The position numbers were made by a program, and so were the translations under genes. From Catajapyx aquilonaris (lineage: Eukaryota), in NCBI GenBank assembly GCA_000934665.2, contig JYFJ02001577.1:1-64000 (forward strand): a stretch of DNA of 64,000 nt, in the 5' to 3' direction. The notes below the pieces were generated by a model that saw only the letters and a list, made by a program, of their open reading frames with translations, was not told the origin of the DNA and made no database searches. Positions 47,538 to 64,000 of this stretch are shown one piece after another. The stretch's first letter is position 1. Each line of letters starts with the position of its first letter.

Positions 47538-50468
47538 TTAACCGACTGAACTGCTATTTTGGAGTAGCAATAGCATCAATCACTGTTATATGAAAATCGC
47601 CAATTTGCGTCCTGTGGTGAGAAAAGGGTGACGCCACATCCTCCTCTCCCCTTCTTTTGTATCCCGCCTCCTGTCAGTACCTACCACACTTCCAAAGTCC
47701 AAACACGAGAGACAATGCAGCTGCATGGAATTCTGGAGATAACATGAGGACAATGGCACACTTCCTCCAAGAACATTCTAGCAAAGCCTTGGCCCTCGTG
47801 GAATGCTGACACTCCATCTGTATGTTTGGGATGGAAGTTGCCCAGCATCAGGTCCAGAGGGGGGGCTCCCGGAGTTTCCGGGAGGTAATTGGGAGTGAAA
47901 GCGGAATGAAAACTGGCAGGGAAGGTAAGCGGGGAGCTAACCCGAAACGGCCATTGCGGGATGGGGAACTGGGGGAATAAATTGCTCTAAGCGAGCTTTA
48001 TGATGATTACTTGAAAAGAGCGGCGACATTTCCGCCAGTGGCATCGGATCCCCCCCCCCCTCTTTTTCCCAACCTCCCCATCCCCTCCTATCCACAACCA
48101 TTCCGCCCGGGAGGTCCCCCGCAGCCCAACGACGACCATTCAAAATCGGAAACACGCCAAAACTTAAAAACATGTATCCCAAATCAACCTCCTGGTATCA
48201 ACTGAACTTGAAAAAAACTTGTTTCATACCCATTTTGTACTGGGCCACCAGAGGCGCTGATTGTAGGCCTATCAGCGCGCCTCTGGTGGCGAAAGTGTGT
48301 ACTTGTTGGTGACGTCACGTAACGGACCGTTAGGATGTAATGTACTGATGGGAATGTTTTAATGGCCAGTGCTGGAGGAAGATTTATGTTTTTGAGGCGG
48401 GGCGTAATCGCGTTTTGGAGCAATTTTGAGAAAAGCGCAGAAGTAGGGCATAAAGGACGCGAGTAATAATCTAAACGACGGAGGAAATCGGAGAAAATTA
48501 CAGGATTCATCCGGCGCACTCAATAAAGTCCCTGCAAACTTGGGGCGAATCTGCAGTCTGGTATAAACCAGAAGCTTCACCTCCCCCCAACCAAAGTCCT
48601 CGGGAATAAAATTTATCTCTTGGCAGAACCCAACGCGTAATCAGCACGACCCGGAATCACAGCAGGAAGGCTGTCCCCCATCTCCGGAAAACCGTAATCA
48701 ACCGGAGGAGACAAATATTCCGCAAGTCTCGAACCGACCATCATCTCTCATCCAGGCAAATTTTCCTGCAGCTTGACATTACTGGCTGCGTCCACCCAAA
48801 TTATATATTTTTTTATAGCCTCATATCCATCCCTACACACCTTTTGCTAACTATACACTGCAACGAGTTTATTTTTCATTAGTTTGGAAATGATGATATT
48901 CCTGTTGACTCTCCTTGCATCACAAAGTTTGCCGCTTGTCTAAATATGTGCCTTCAAAGCCCAACTGCTGGCCCCTCACTTGACCCACTGCCACAGTTTA
49001 CAAGTGATCGTAATTGGGAATTGATCCTTCTGCCAATATTGGATTAACATGCATACCGTTTCTTGCCAGCGACTATTAATAGTCGAACCGTTAATGACGC
49101 GCACTGTTCAGTAGTTACAAGCACGATTCTGCTGCACGTTCGTATAAAATTGCTAAAAATTTATTGGACGATACGTACAGGTTGAACCAAAACTGAAATG
49201 TTGCTGGAGGTCGCAGCAGCATCAGAAGCGATTGAGTTTGGGCCTCATCGTTTGGATGGTTCTGTGAAGCGACAGGCTGGGATTTCCCAATCATAGCAGT
49301 TTAGTTTCGGCTTGCCGCACCCACAGGAAACCCAGGATAGCCTCGCCTGCTGCTGTATCGTAGAATCCAATTCAATTACAGCAATCCAACGGCATTTGGT
49401 GTTCAGGCGGCTGGAAGTGATCGCGACTGACAGAAAATCATTGCTGGAGTCTGTCCGAAAATGGGCCTCTCGCCGCCCTACACTTGTAACAATTTTTTCC
49501 TTCACTTATTGCACTTTTGTTGTAATAAATCGCTGTATAATAGTAGCAGAATTACATTGGACAGAAAATAACATTGATTCACCTTCTAACCTTGTTGGAA
49601 ACAAATATTGCTGCGGTAATCGCAATGTCAATAGGGCTACAAAAATGGTTATCCAATTATTTTATTATATTTTTATTGCCTAATACCCCGCTTTCAAGTA
49701 TGTCCAATCTATTTACTCGAGTAATGCTCAAAAAGTGCTTGCAAACTTTGATTTGCTAGGCGTCAAATCGAACGCTCTTTTTTGGAAAAAAAGGTTCTGG
49801 TCAGAGTAGGAATTTTGTAAAAAAAAAATATGTCGGCAGCAGATTGGGGAAAGTTAATCAGATTCTTTCCCCGGGTTTTCCCTGATGGCAGAAGCGTAAC
49901 GTTCTAACCTAATAATGATTTGAGCATGAATAGCCCCATGAATGTGAGCATTGCGTGGGGAACGAGTTTCACCATTAATTCTCATAAGCAAGCCGGAGAT
50001 AAAACTTGGAATGCTGCCACACAATTAACATTCCCATCCCCACCCTTCACCCACTCATTTTTTTATATCTCTCTACTGTACATATACACACACAGGGTGT
50101 CCCAACAACTGCATTAAATAAAGCTAAAAAAATATATAATTCAATTGAAATCAGCTGATATGTCTGGCTTTTACAATAGTTATCTCAGATGATATTAAGC
50201 CCTGAAAATCTTTGCGATTTTAAACTGTTAAAATGAACTTTTTTTTGGAAACTGCTATTTTTTAAAGCAATCAGTAGCACTTTGTACTTGAAGAGTGAAA
50301 TTAGCACACTGCTAAAAAAAACTCAAAATCCACGTTTTATTCCGGTTCTTTTCCGGGTAATTTAAACTCATTAAGCAGGCGCTAAATACGGGGAGAGTTT
50401 GGGGGTGCGGAAAATTTTCCCTCTCGAAATGAAGCTAAAATTTAGAGTGTTGGAAACTCATGGGACTT

Positions 50469-50471
50469 TCT

Positions 50472-50508
<37 letters not shown>
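50469..50508. repeat. (CT)n microsatellite
   Basis: Directly visible CT dinucleotide run. Confidence 0.9.
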
Positions 50509-50511
<3 letters not shown>

Positions 50512-51750
50512 GGAGTTTTGGAAATCCGGGCTCGAAAATGAGATTTGGTCCCGTAAGTTAGAAGCTATGGCAGATTTGCATTTTGGCAGTCATCTGACTC
50601 GGTTTCCGGATGCGGCCATCCATGCAAGCTTTAATATATAGTGTTGTTTCTATATATCGCTGGCTTCCAATTTGCATACCTTGCCCGGATTATTCCGGCC
50701 GCACATACCAATTAAGTTTTGTTCCGGGGGACGGAAAGCCTGAGAGTCGAATTTTAGTTTTCAACTCTAATCGGGTTACGGTCCAGCCATTTTTTGGGGG
50801 AGGGTTCTATATAGTCAAGAATCTGTTTTAACCCCCGCTGCCTCAAAGTATTGATCCAGATGCATATTATTCCTGGCGGTTTTGAAAAAAAAATATTTTT
50901 TCGGGTTAGGTCAAAGGTCACCTGCAGTGACGCCATCCTCTTTTGGGGGGGACGCCGCTGCAATGGTGGTCTGTTTCAATTAGGCAACGGGTCCATCATT
51001 GGCAGGCAGGCGGCCTCCAACCTGCTCCTTATTGGTCCTAATCGAATTAAGGGACTAGGGGAGAGAGGAGGGGAGGGAAGGAAGATCGACGCAGGGCGCC
51101 GTCGCCGACGCCAACGACGCTGATGACGTCCATATTTTTATATTCCCACGAGAGCACGTGGCTTTCCTATTTTTACACACTTTGAAAACAGGGAATCCCA
51201 AAAAAATGCGTATACATGAAGTGGAGAAGAATATTTTAATCTAACTGACCAATATTGTTACAAAGAGACGGTGATATATTTATTTAATTTTTTTAAAAGG
51301 GGGGGTGTATTGTAATCAGTACTGTACACGAGACATGTGGCGGAATTAGCAGATTATCGTTATTTAGAACAGTGAAAGTCCAAACATGATCACGATGGAG
51401 AACTGGGGGGGGGGGTGATAATTTTTAATGGTATTTACATTATAAGTTGATAACATTTGGAAACATTGCAGAACAATAATATGGGGGGGGGGAGTAATAA
51501 CAAACACATTTTTTGGGTAGCTTACGATATACATATACAGTACACATTACCCCCACTCCTCACTTTGAACAAAAAAAAAAATTGAACGGTCTGCAGACGA
51601 AGACAAGGACGGAATTTATGTCGTACGAATGGAAAATGCAGATCATACTTTGGTAAAAGCGACGAGTCCATTGCACCTATATAGTCCCAAACAATGGGCG
51701 TGGCTCACAACCGCAGAGTTTTTGTATGCATGTTTGTTTGTTCTTCAATT

Positions 51751-57754
<6,004 letters not shown>

Positions 57755-57893
57755 TTATGCAAAGATTATGAAATTATCAAGATCACGTGGTGTTTATGGA
57801 TTGTCCACCCACAAATCACAATTTTGTGTAAATAGAAATCATGATCAGATCACTTTGCGCAGAGTGAGCTTACGTATAAGGCCTAAGCTAATA

Positions 57894-58586
57894 CAGGGTC
57901 ATCGTTCCATTTTTAAAATCCTATCACTCAAAAACTTGCAGACGTATCTGAATGATTTAAGTTTTGAAATACTAAGAAAGGTCTGCAGTTTTGGTTTCAG
58001 CTTAGTTTGTTTCGATATGAGCTCCATTCAATAAAAACCGGTATTCGGTCTCGTGCCTAACCCGCTCAATCATATCTGTGGAGTTACCGTTGCAATCCTA
58101 TCCCGTAGGTGCTGTATATCTATGATATTTACACCACAGACATTGTTCTTGATGATTTAGATAAAAAAGTCGCCTCATCCATCAAATAAACCTGCCGTAT
58201 TTTTTTTTATTTGTTCAGCCTCCCAGTGTGAGAAGTCTCCAATGAGAAGTTTCTCCACTAGCCCCTCCAGAAGCCCAGATTTTACCCCGATGGACTTTTT
58301 TGTGGAGATACATGTATGGCGAAAAGATTCAGCACCTTCAATGCTTCATCACCTACGGGATAAGATGTCAATGGTAACACCAGACATGCCTGAGCGGGTT
58401 AGGCACGACACCGATTACAGTATTTACATTTTTTGAGCGACAAAAGGAGCTCATATCGAAACCAACTATGGTAAGACCAAACCTTTCTACATTTATTAAC
58501 ATTTTACAACTTAAATCATTGAGATATCTCTACAGGTTTTCGAGTTACAGGGTTTTAAAAATGGGCATTCTTGTTCAATGACCCTG
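57894..58586 (+). mobile_element. Internally deleted Tc1/mariner-superfamily element with a transposase C-terminal remnant
   Basis: Long imperfect TIRs TA|CAGGGTCATCG..CCATTTTTAAAATCC / GGGTTTTAAAAATGG..ATGACCCTG. The internal PSRSPDFTPMDFF resembles the WPPRSPDLTPLDF transposase motif. Confidence 0.75.
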
Positions 58587-58936
58587 AATATGCGGCAACA
58601 TTTCATCTGCAAGCTTTTGACAAAATAACATGCCAAGTGCCCTTTTCCGTTCAAATGTCAACTTTAATTTTCGAATTACAAGGATCTACAATAAGCAAAG
58701 GCTAAATCAGTGTGTTAAATACGTATTAAATAGCCTACGTATACATTGCAAATGATACGGTGAATAATTGACGTCTGACCTTGGATGCGAGTTTTTTATG
58801 CTGCTCATTGCCAGTGCCTTTAGGTCAGCTACAACAACAACAACAGCAACAATATAATCCCTTGATTTGATCCACATGGGCTTGAAGGCCAATCAAAGGA
58901 AATTCTCCAATATATTGTTCACAGGTATTCACAATT

Positions 58937-59080
58937 TATTTATTTATTTATTTATTATTATTAATGTAATTATTAATTTAATTTTGTCGATTTCATTTTA
59001 TTAATCTAATCTAATCTAATTTGTCTATTTTAATCTAATCCAATTTAATTTATCTATTTTATTTTATTATTTTATTTTAA
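58937..59080. repeat. AT-rich low-complexity repeat (ATTT, TAATC units)
   Basis: Directly visible. Confidence 0.8.
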
Positions 59081-62000
59081 CTGGAGTTGAAACACCCTGA
59101 TATTAACCTCAAAAATATTACAGTTCATGGATTTAAAATGCTTATCAATAATAATATACCGGTACAGTATTTCTGGCTAGAAAAAACTGAGAGTATTTTG
59201 CTAACTTATTTTACTATACCACAATTCATTCATTGTAATATCATGTACTGTATACATAATTATACTGTGTTAACAAAAAAGGTTTCCCACATTTTCCAAC
59301 TCTTAATTATTTTTTTCTGGTGGCAGAGTTAATGGGAACCCTGCGTGCTGCCTCTTCTGTGTCAAAGGGAATGACCCCCTAATTGTATTAATTCAACAAA
59401 TGAAGCCGTCTGTTTCTCGGGAGCTTAATAAGGGAAAGTTAAGGCCCCCGGGAGAATTCTACGCGGATGCCGCCTTTTTAATTTAATTAATGCAGTCAAA
59501 TTTGAGGGTAGGGAAAGGCAAAAATCTGGCCCGAGGTGGCTTTGAAGTGGTGACGTCATTCTGCCATGCAAAGCCTTCAATCAGTTGATAATTTTTGCTG
59601 GGGGATAAGTACAAATAAATCGGATTTGTATAGCATTTGGGGGGGGGGGGACGTGTGGACGGTACAGGTGTTGTATAGCAAGCCGCTGCATTTTATGTAC
59701 TGTCAGATAATTACATGTTAATTCGAGCCATTCAGTATGGGGCGATTTGCCACCCATGTTGCAGTTTCATTGTAACATTTAAGTAAGAGGTAGCGTTATA
59801 CGAACAGATGGGTTTGTAAATAGGTTAACAAGATAGTGAAGTGTGACCAGTTGGTTGCATTAAAACTTTTTTTTCCTCTCTTTCTTCCTCCCCACCTCCC
59901 TGACTCTCTCTCTCTGCAAAAGTAGGAGATTGGCGGAAGAGTGGAAGTTATGAGGGTGATTTAGTGTCGGCGCCTTGCCCGTGGCGTGAAGACGGGTGGG
60001 AACAGCATCCCCTCCATCGCTCATTCGCCTAATGTGATGGAGAGCCCTTGCTACATTGTTGGGGAGGCAGGATGGGGGTGTGGGTGGTGGGTGAGAGACC
60101 CTCCCAGCACTACAATTAATTAATGAAGTGGGCCCCAGTCGGGTGAAAAAAAAACCCTCTGCGTAGGTCCCAGTGGGGGTATTAACGCGGACAACAGCGT
60201 ATTTAATTCGTCCTGAATGCCGCATGAATTTGGGATTAATTTAATTCCATTACTGTAATGAAGATACAAAATAGACTACACGTATTCCCTGAAGTGAAGT
60301 TAGCGTTTTGTGAGTTTTACCCTTCATGAAGGGGGGAAAAGGAGGAGGGAGGTCAATTTGGGTAAATGCGTCCCCTAGGCAATTCCCTTAACCTGCTGGC
60401 GTTACGAGAAAAGTGATTTGACGGAGGGCTATCCAATTGGGGGATCCAATTTGCATGAAGGTGTTGGGCTTCATTAGTCCGCTGAAGAAATCAAATCATT
60501 TTCTTGCAGAGGTGTCGCCCCCCCCCCCCCNGCCACAAAAGCGGGTCCGGAGCAGGCGATTACTGCGAGTGGAGCAGCGCAAATTGTTTCTTCCGACTCT
60601 GTTGGGGGAAGGAGGAGAGGAGGGTGGGGGAAGGGGAAGGGGGGTCCAGGTTGAGACTTGTAATGGATCCTCCTCACTCGCTCTTTGTGCCAATTGGACT
60701 CGAAAGAATGCCATTAGGTGCCTAAGCCTTGTTGAAATATTTGTGAGGGCGCCGAGCAGGCTTCATTTACAGCTAGGGCCTCTGTAATGAACGTGGGATC
60801 AGGTCTGGTTTGGCCGGAGGTAGTCACTTCAAAGTGGGTTAGGTCACGATCAGAGGATGACCTTGGGTTTTGGTGGTGAAATCATGGATTACGACAATGA
60901 CTTATAGGGAAGTCTGAAGATAACAACAATAAGATCTCAGATTATGCATAATTAGACGGTATTATGCAATAATGTGTCAACCCACAAAAAATGTCAAAAT
61001 AGAGTTACGCCCAGCAATATATTCCCAAATTAAGCTGGCGTAATCTGCATACTACTGCCATAAATGACTGAAAAGGACACTGACATTCAAAGTCCTTCTT
61101 CTCAAAACTGTTCTCATGTTGGTTGACTCATTATTGCATAACACCGCCCAATTTGTTTTGAAGCCACCGAGCCTTAATTAAATAAAAAAAATTACAAATG
61201 CTGTCCACCCTTTTGCAATTGATTTTCGACTGCCATCCTAACATGATGCTACCCAACAATTCATGCATCACACGTGAAAATGAGCTCGTTTTTCTGCCAG
61301 CTGGACACAAAAATTGAGGTTGTTTCTCTCTGCGGACAGATGTGTTAAATAAGAGGAATGGGCAGTTGCGTCACAATCTGTGTCAAAATACACGAGGTGA
61401 GGTGACACAGAGCTGAACGTTTTCCAAAATTGGTCGAGTCAGGGAGCCACCTACGTCGATTCAAATATGAACAAAAAAGGGTGTCGTATTACGTTTGATT
61501 TCATTTTGTCAGCCTTTGTTACACTATACACACGTTGGTACCAATGAAACGAAACTAGAGCGATGCTACTGAGCATGCCCAATACCCGCAGCTAGAAGCC
61601 CCCCCGTTGAAAAATAATTCAGGAAAGGGCCCCATCAGAGCTAATCTATGTCCCGGCCCATTTTGGTCCAGGCCAACCGACAGGCCTAAACAATAATTTA
61701 CAACAACCCGCAAGCCCCCATTTGACAAAGCAACAAATAAAACCACCGGTTTTAAAAGTTTGTGATTTTTACGCCCCGTTGGACATCCCCCCGGGTTGGA
61801 CATCAGCTGAATGATTTATCCGGGGACGAAATCAAATCCGGTGCTTGAGGGACCGGGTTAATGCCAGGCTGTAGGGAGGGGACTATGATGAAAAAATATT
61901 AAATCAGGCGAAGGGGGGGGATGCTGCAAGTTCTGGTTAAAAGAGCCTGGGTTGCAACAGCTCCCGGAGGAGTCCGGCAGCCAACCATGTCTGAGCCCTC

Positions 62001-62724
62001 CCCCCCTCATAACGCTCCAGCACCAGCCCTTCTCCTCCTCCTCCTCTCCCCACCCACGACCCTCTAACAAGTGCACACTTAATTACCTTGCCAAAGCCCG
62101 CAATTAGATCAAATTAAACCTGGACCTGCAACGGCCTAACTGCGCATCCCAATTCAGGAGTTAGCATCCAGAGGGGGGGTTTTTTGCAAGCAGAAAAAAG
62201 GATATAGGCTGGGAGGAGTATATGCTGGGGATTGCCCCAAGATGACTATTTTCAGGGAGCACCCAAACCCATACACAAACACACAACATAATACGCGATG
62301 GGTAATATCTGCAGGATTATTATTTTTTTTCTGTAGGGGGTTGGATTAGGTGGTTGCAAAAACTGGTGAAAACAACTTGTGATGTAGCCTGAATTCGAGC
62401 TGTTGTTTTCAATATATTTTATTAAAATAAGGTATTATGGACAATAATTTCTTAGGTACCAGTACTTAGATAATTACGCTACATGTCAATGGGGATGTCG
62501 CTCATGCCTGAAAAAATTTGCAAAATTGGACTGTTTCCGTAAGATTCATAAATGACGAAAAGCTATTGAAAACATTGTTTTGGGGAGTAGGCCTAAATAA
62601 AAATTGCGCAGAAGAAAATGTTTATGATTAATTCGAGCTCCGTCACAGGCATGTTTCACAGTATGTTTCCTATATTCCAATAAATTTTATATATTCTATA
62701 AATTCTACGAAATTTCCATATTAA

Positions 62725-62823
62725 TTATCATATTAAAAGCATTACTTCGAAATTTTATTATCATATTAAAAGCATTACTTCGAAATTTTATTATCATATT
62801 AAAAGCATTACTTCGAAATTTTA
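62725..62823. repeat. Perfect tandem repeat, 33 bp x3
   Basis: TTATCATATTAAAAGCATTACTTCGAAATTTTA occurs three times without mismatch. Confidence 0.95.
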
Positions 62824-64000
62824 GGCTTTGTTTTGAACCAGCTTTTGTGGTCAAATTATGTCATAATTGAGGTGTTTGAATTTTGTGATTATGTATGAAC
62901 TTCTTCAATTTATTGAATGCAATACCATCATAAATAAAGTTCAATGAAAAAGATATTGATTCCAATGCCGATTTTTTCCTATAAACATTATCTTTAAGAA
63001 CTATTTGTTATATTCTACTTTGAAACTGAGATTTTGGGAGAGTCTAGTAGAGAGTAGGCTTTCCAGCCGGGATCCTAACTCTCTAATTTGGGCAATCGTA
63101 TGCTGGGAAGGATAGCCTACTCGAAAAAAATTAATTTGATCTACTAAATATGTTACATTCATTTTCAAGAGGTGCATGTTTAAAGCAATGGTTTCAATAA
63201 CTGCTTCAATTATGATGGCCTGAACGAATAATGAATTTACACCTGTGTTGCCACGTGTGTCTAGGTGCATGAAAATGTGCCTTGTCGTCTACCTCGTCCC
63301 TAAGACATTTTTCTCTTCTACGTTATCGACTTGTTTGGAGCCAACATACACATTGCCGGCTAATAAAGAGACACTGCATTTGAAACCCTGCAGTGCGCAT
63401 TGATTTCCAGCACATCCACTGCCCCCCCCCCCCCCAAACTTACAAGCATTAACTGCAGACATTCCCTATACTCCTGATGCATCCTGAAATTGCCAAAAAA
63501 CCCTCCTTAGGCGCAGTATCCTAGGTGAATAAGACCGTCAACAGGCTCATCCACTCAAGTTCATCAGTCCTTACGTAAGCAAAAATGTACAGGGTGTTTC
63601 TTAGTAATTCAATTTTTGTACCTGATGATTAAATATTAGGGGAGGGCTCGAAGGATGCTTGTTAGTAATAGCGATGGAAAGGAAAATACTGGATGTAAAA
63701 AAACAAACTTTTCCTGGCTATATGGAAGAGCGCACGCTTTGGGGCTGGGCAAACGAGCAACTTGCAGTCATTAGGCTAATTAACCGCTTGTGACAGGAGG
63801 ACTGTGTGTGGCCGGCGGCGGGGCTTGGGGGCGGGGTTTTCAGTCCCCCCGGGCTGCCAAAGCCATATTTGCCAGGGCAAACATGGCGGATGCTTGCTTG
63901 CCTTCTGACCAAAAAGAGATGGGAAGGGAGGGGGGGTGCGCAAAAATATCTTTGCCCTTTAAAAAAAAAAACCGGCCCCTTCTAATCACTCCTGGTGTGG

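Overview
This is AT-rich eukaryotic genomic DNA from an invertebrate, most likely an arthropod, with spliceosomal introns. No prokaryotic features, rRNA, true tRNA or CRISPR arrays were seen. Genes reconstructed by hand from splice sites and reading frames, in order: a mariner-transposase HTH-only ORF (-); RanBP3 (+, about 12 exons); FBXW9 (-, 7 exons); Transportin-1/2 (+, 16 exons, long 3'UTR); a decayed RanBP2/Nup358-like fragment between two copies of the transportin 3'-end region; a 190-aa secreted Tyr/Glu/Gln/Lys tandem-repeat protein (+); a 4-TM LAPTM/DUF4728-like protein (-); and the 3' four exons of Shox (-), whose first exon was not found. Introns and intergenic DNA hold many small transposons: Tc1/mariner, Harbinger-like and Kolobok-like MITEs, a Helitron, and tRNA-derived SINEs with target-site duplications. 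The most notable observations are the Tyr-rich repeat protein, the Nup358/transportin-3'UTR chimera, two consecutive GC-AG introns in FBXW9, a Shox intron lacking a usable AG acceptor, a possibly domesticated mariner HTH, and FBXW9-TNPO adjacency matching human 19p13. Homology calls come from remembered motifs, not database searches, and no multi-gene novel system can be firmly claimed.
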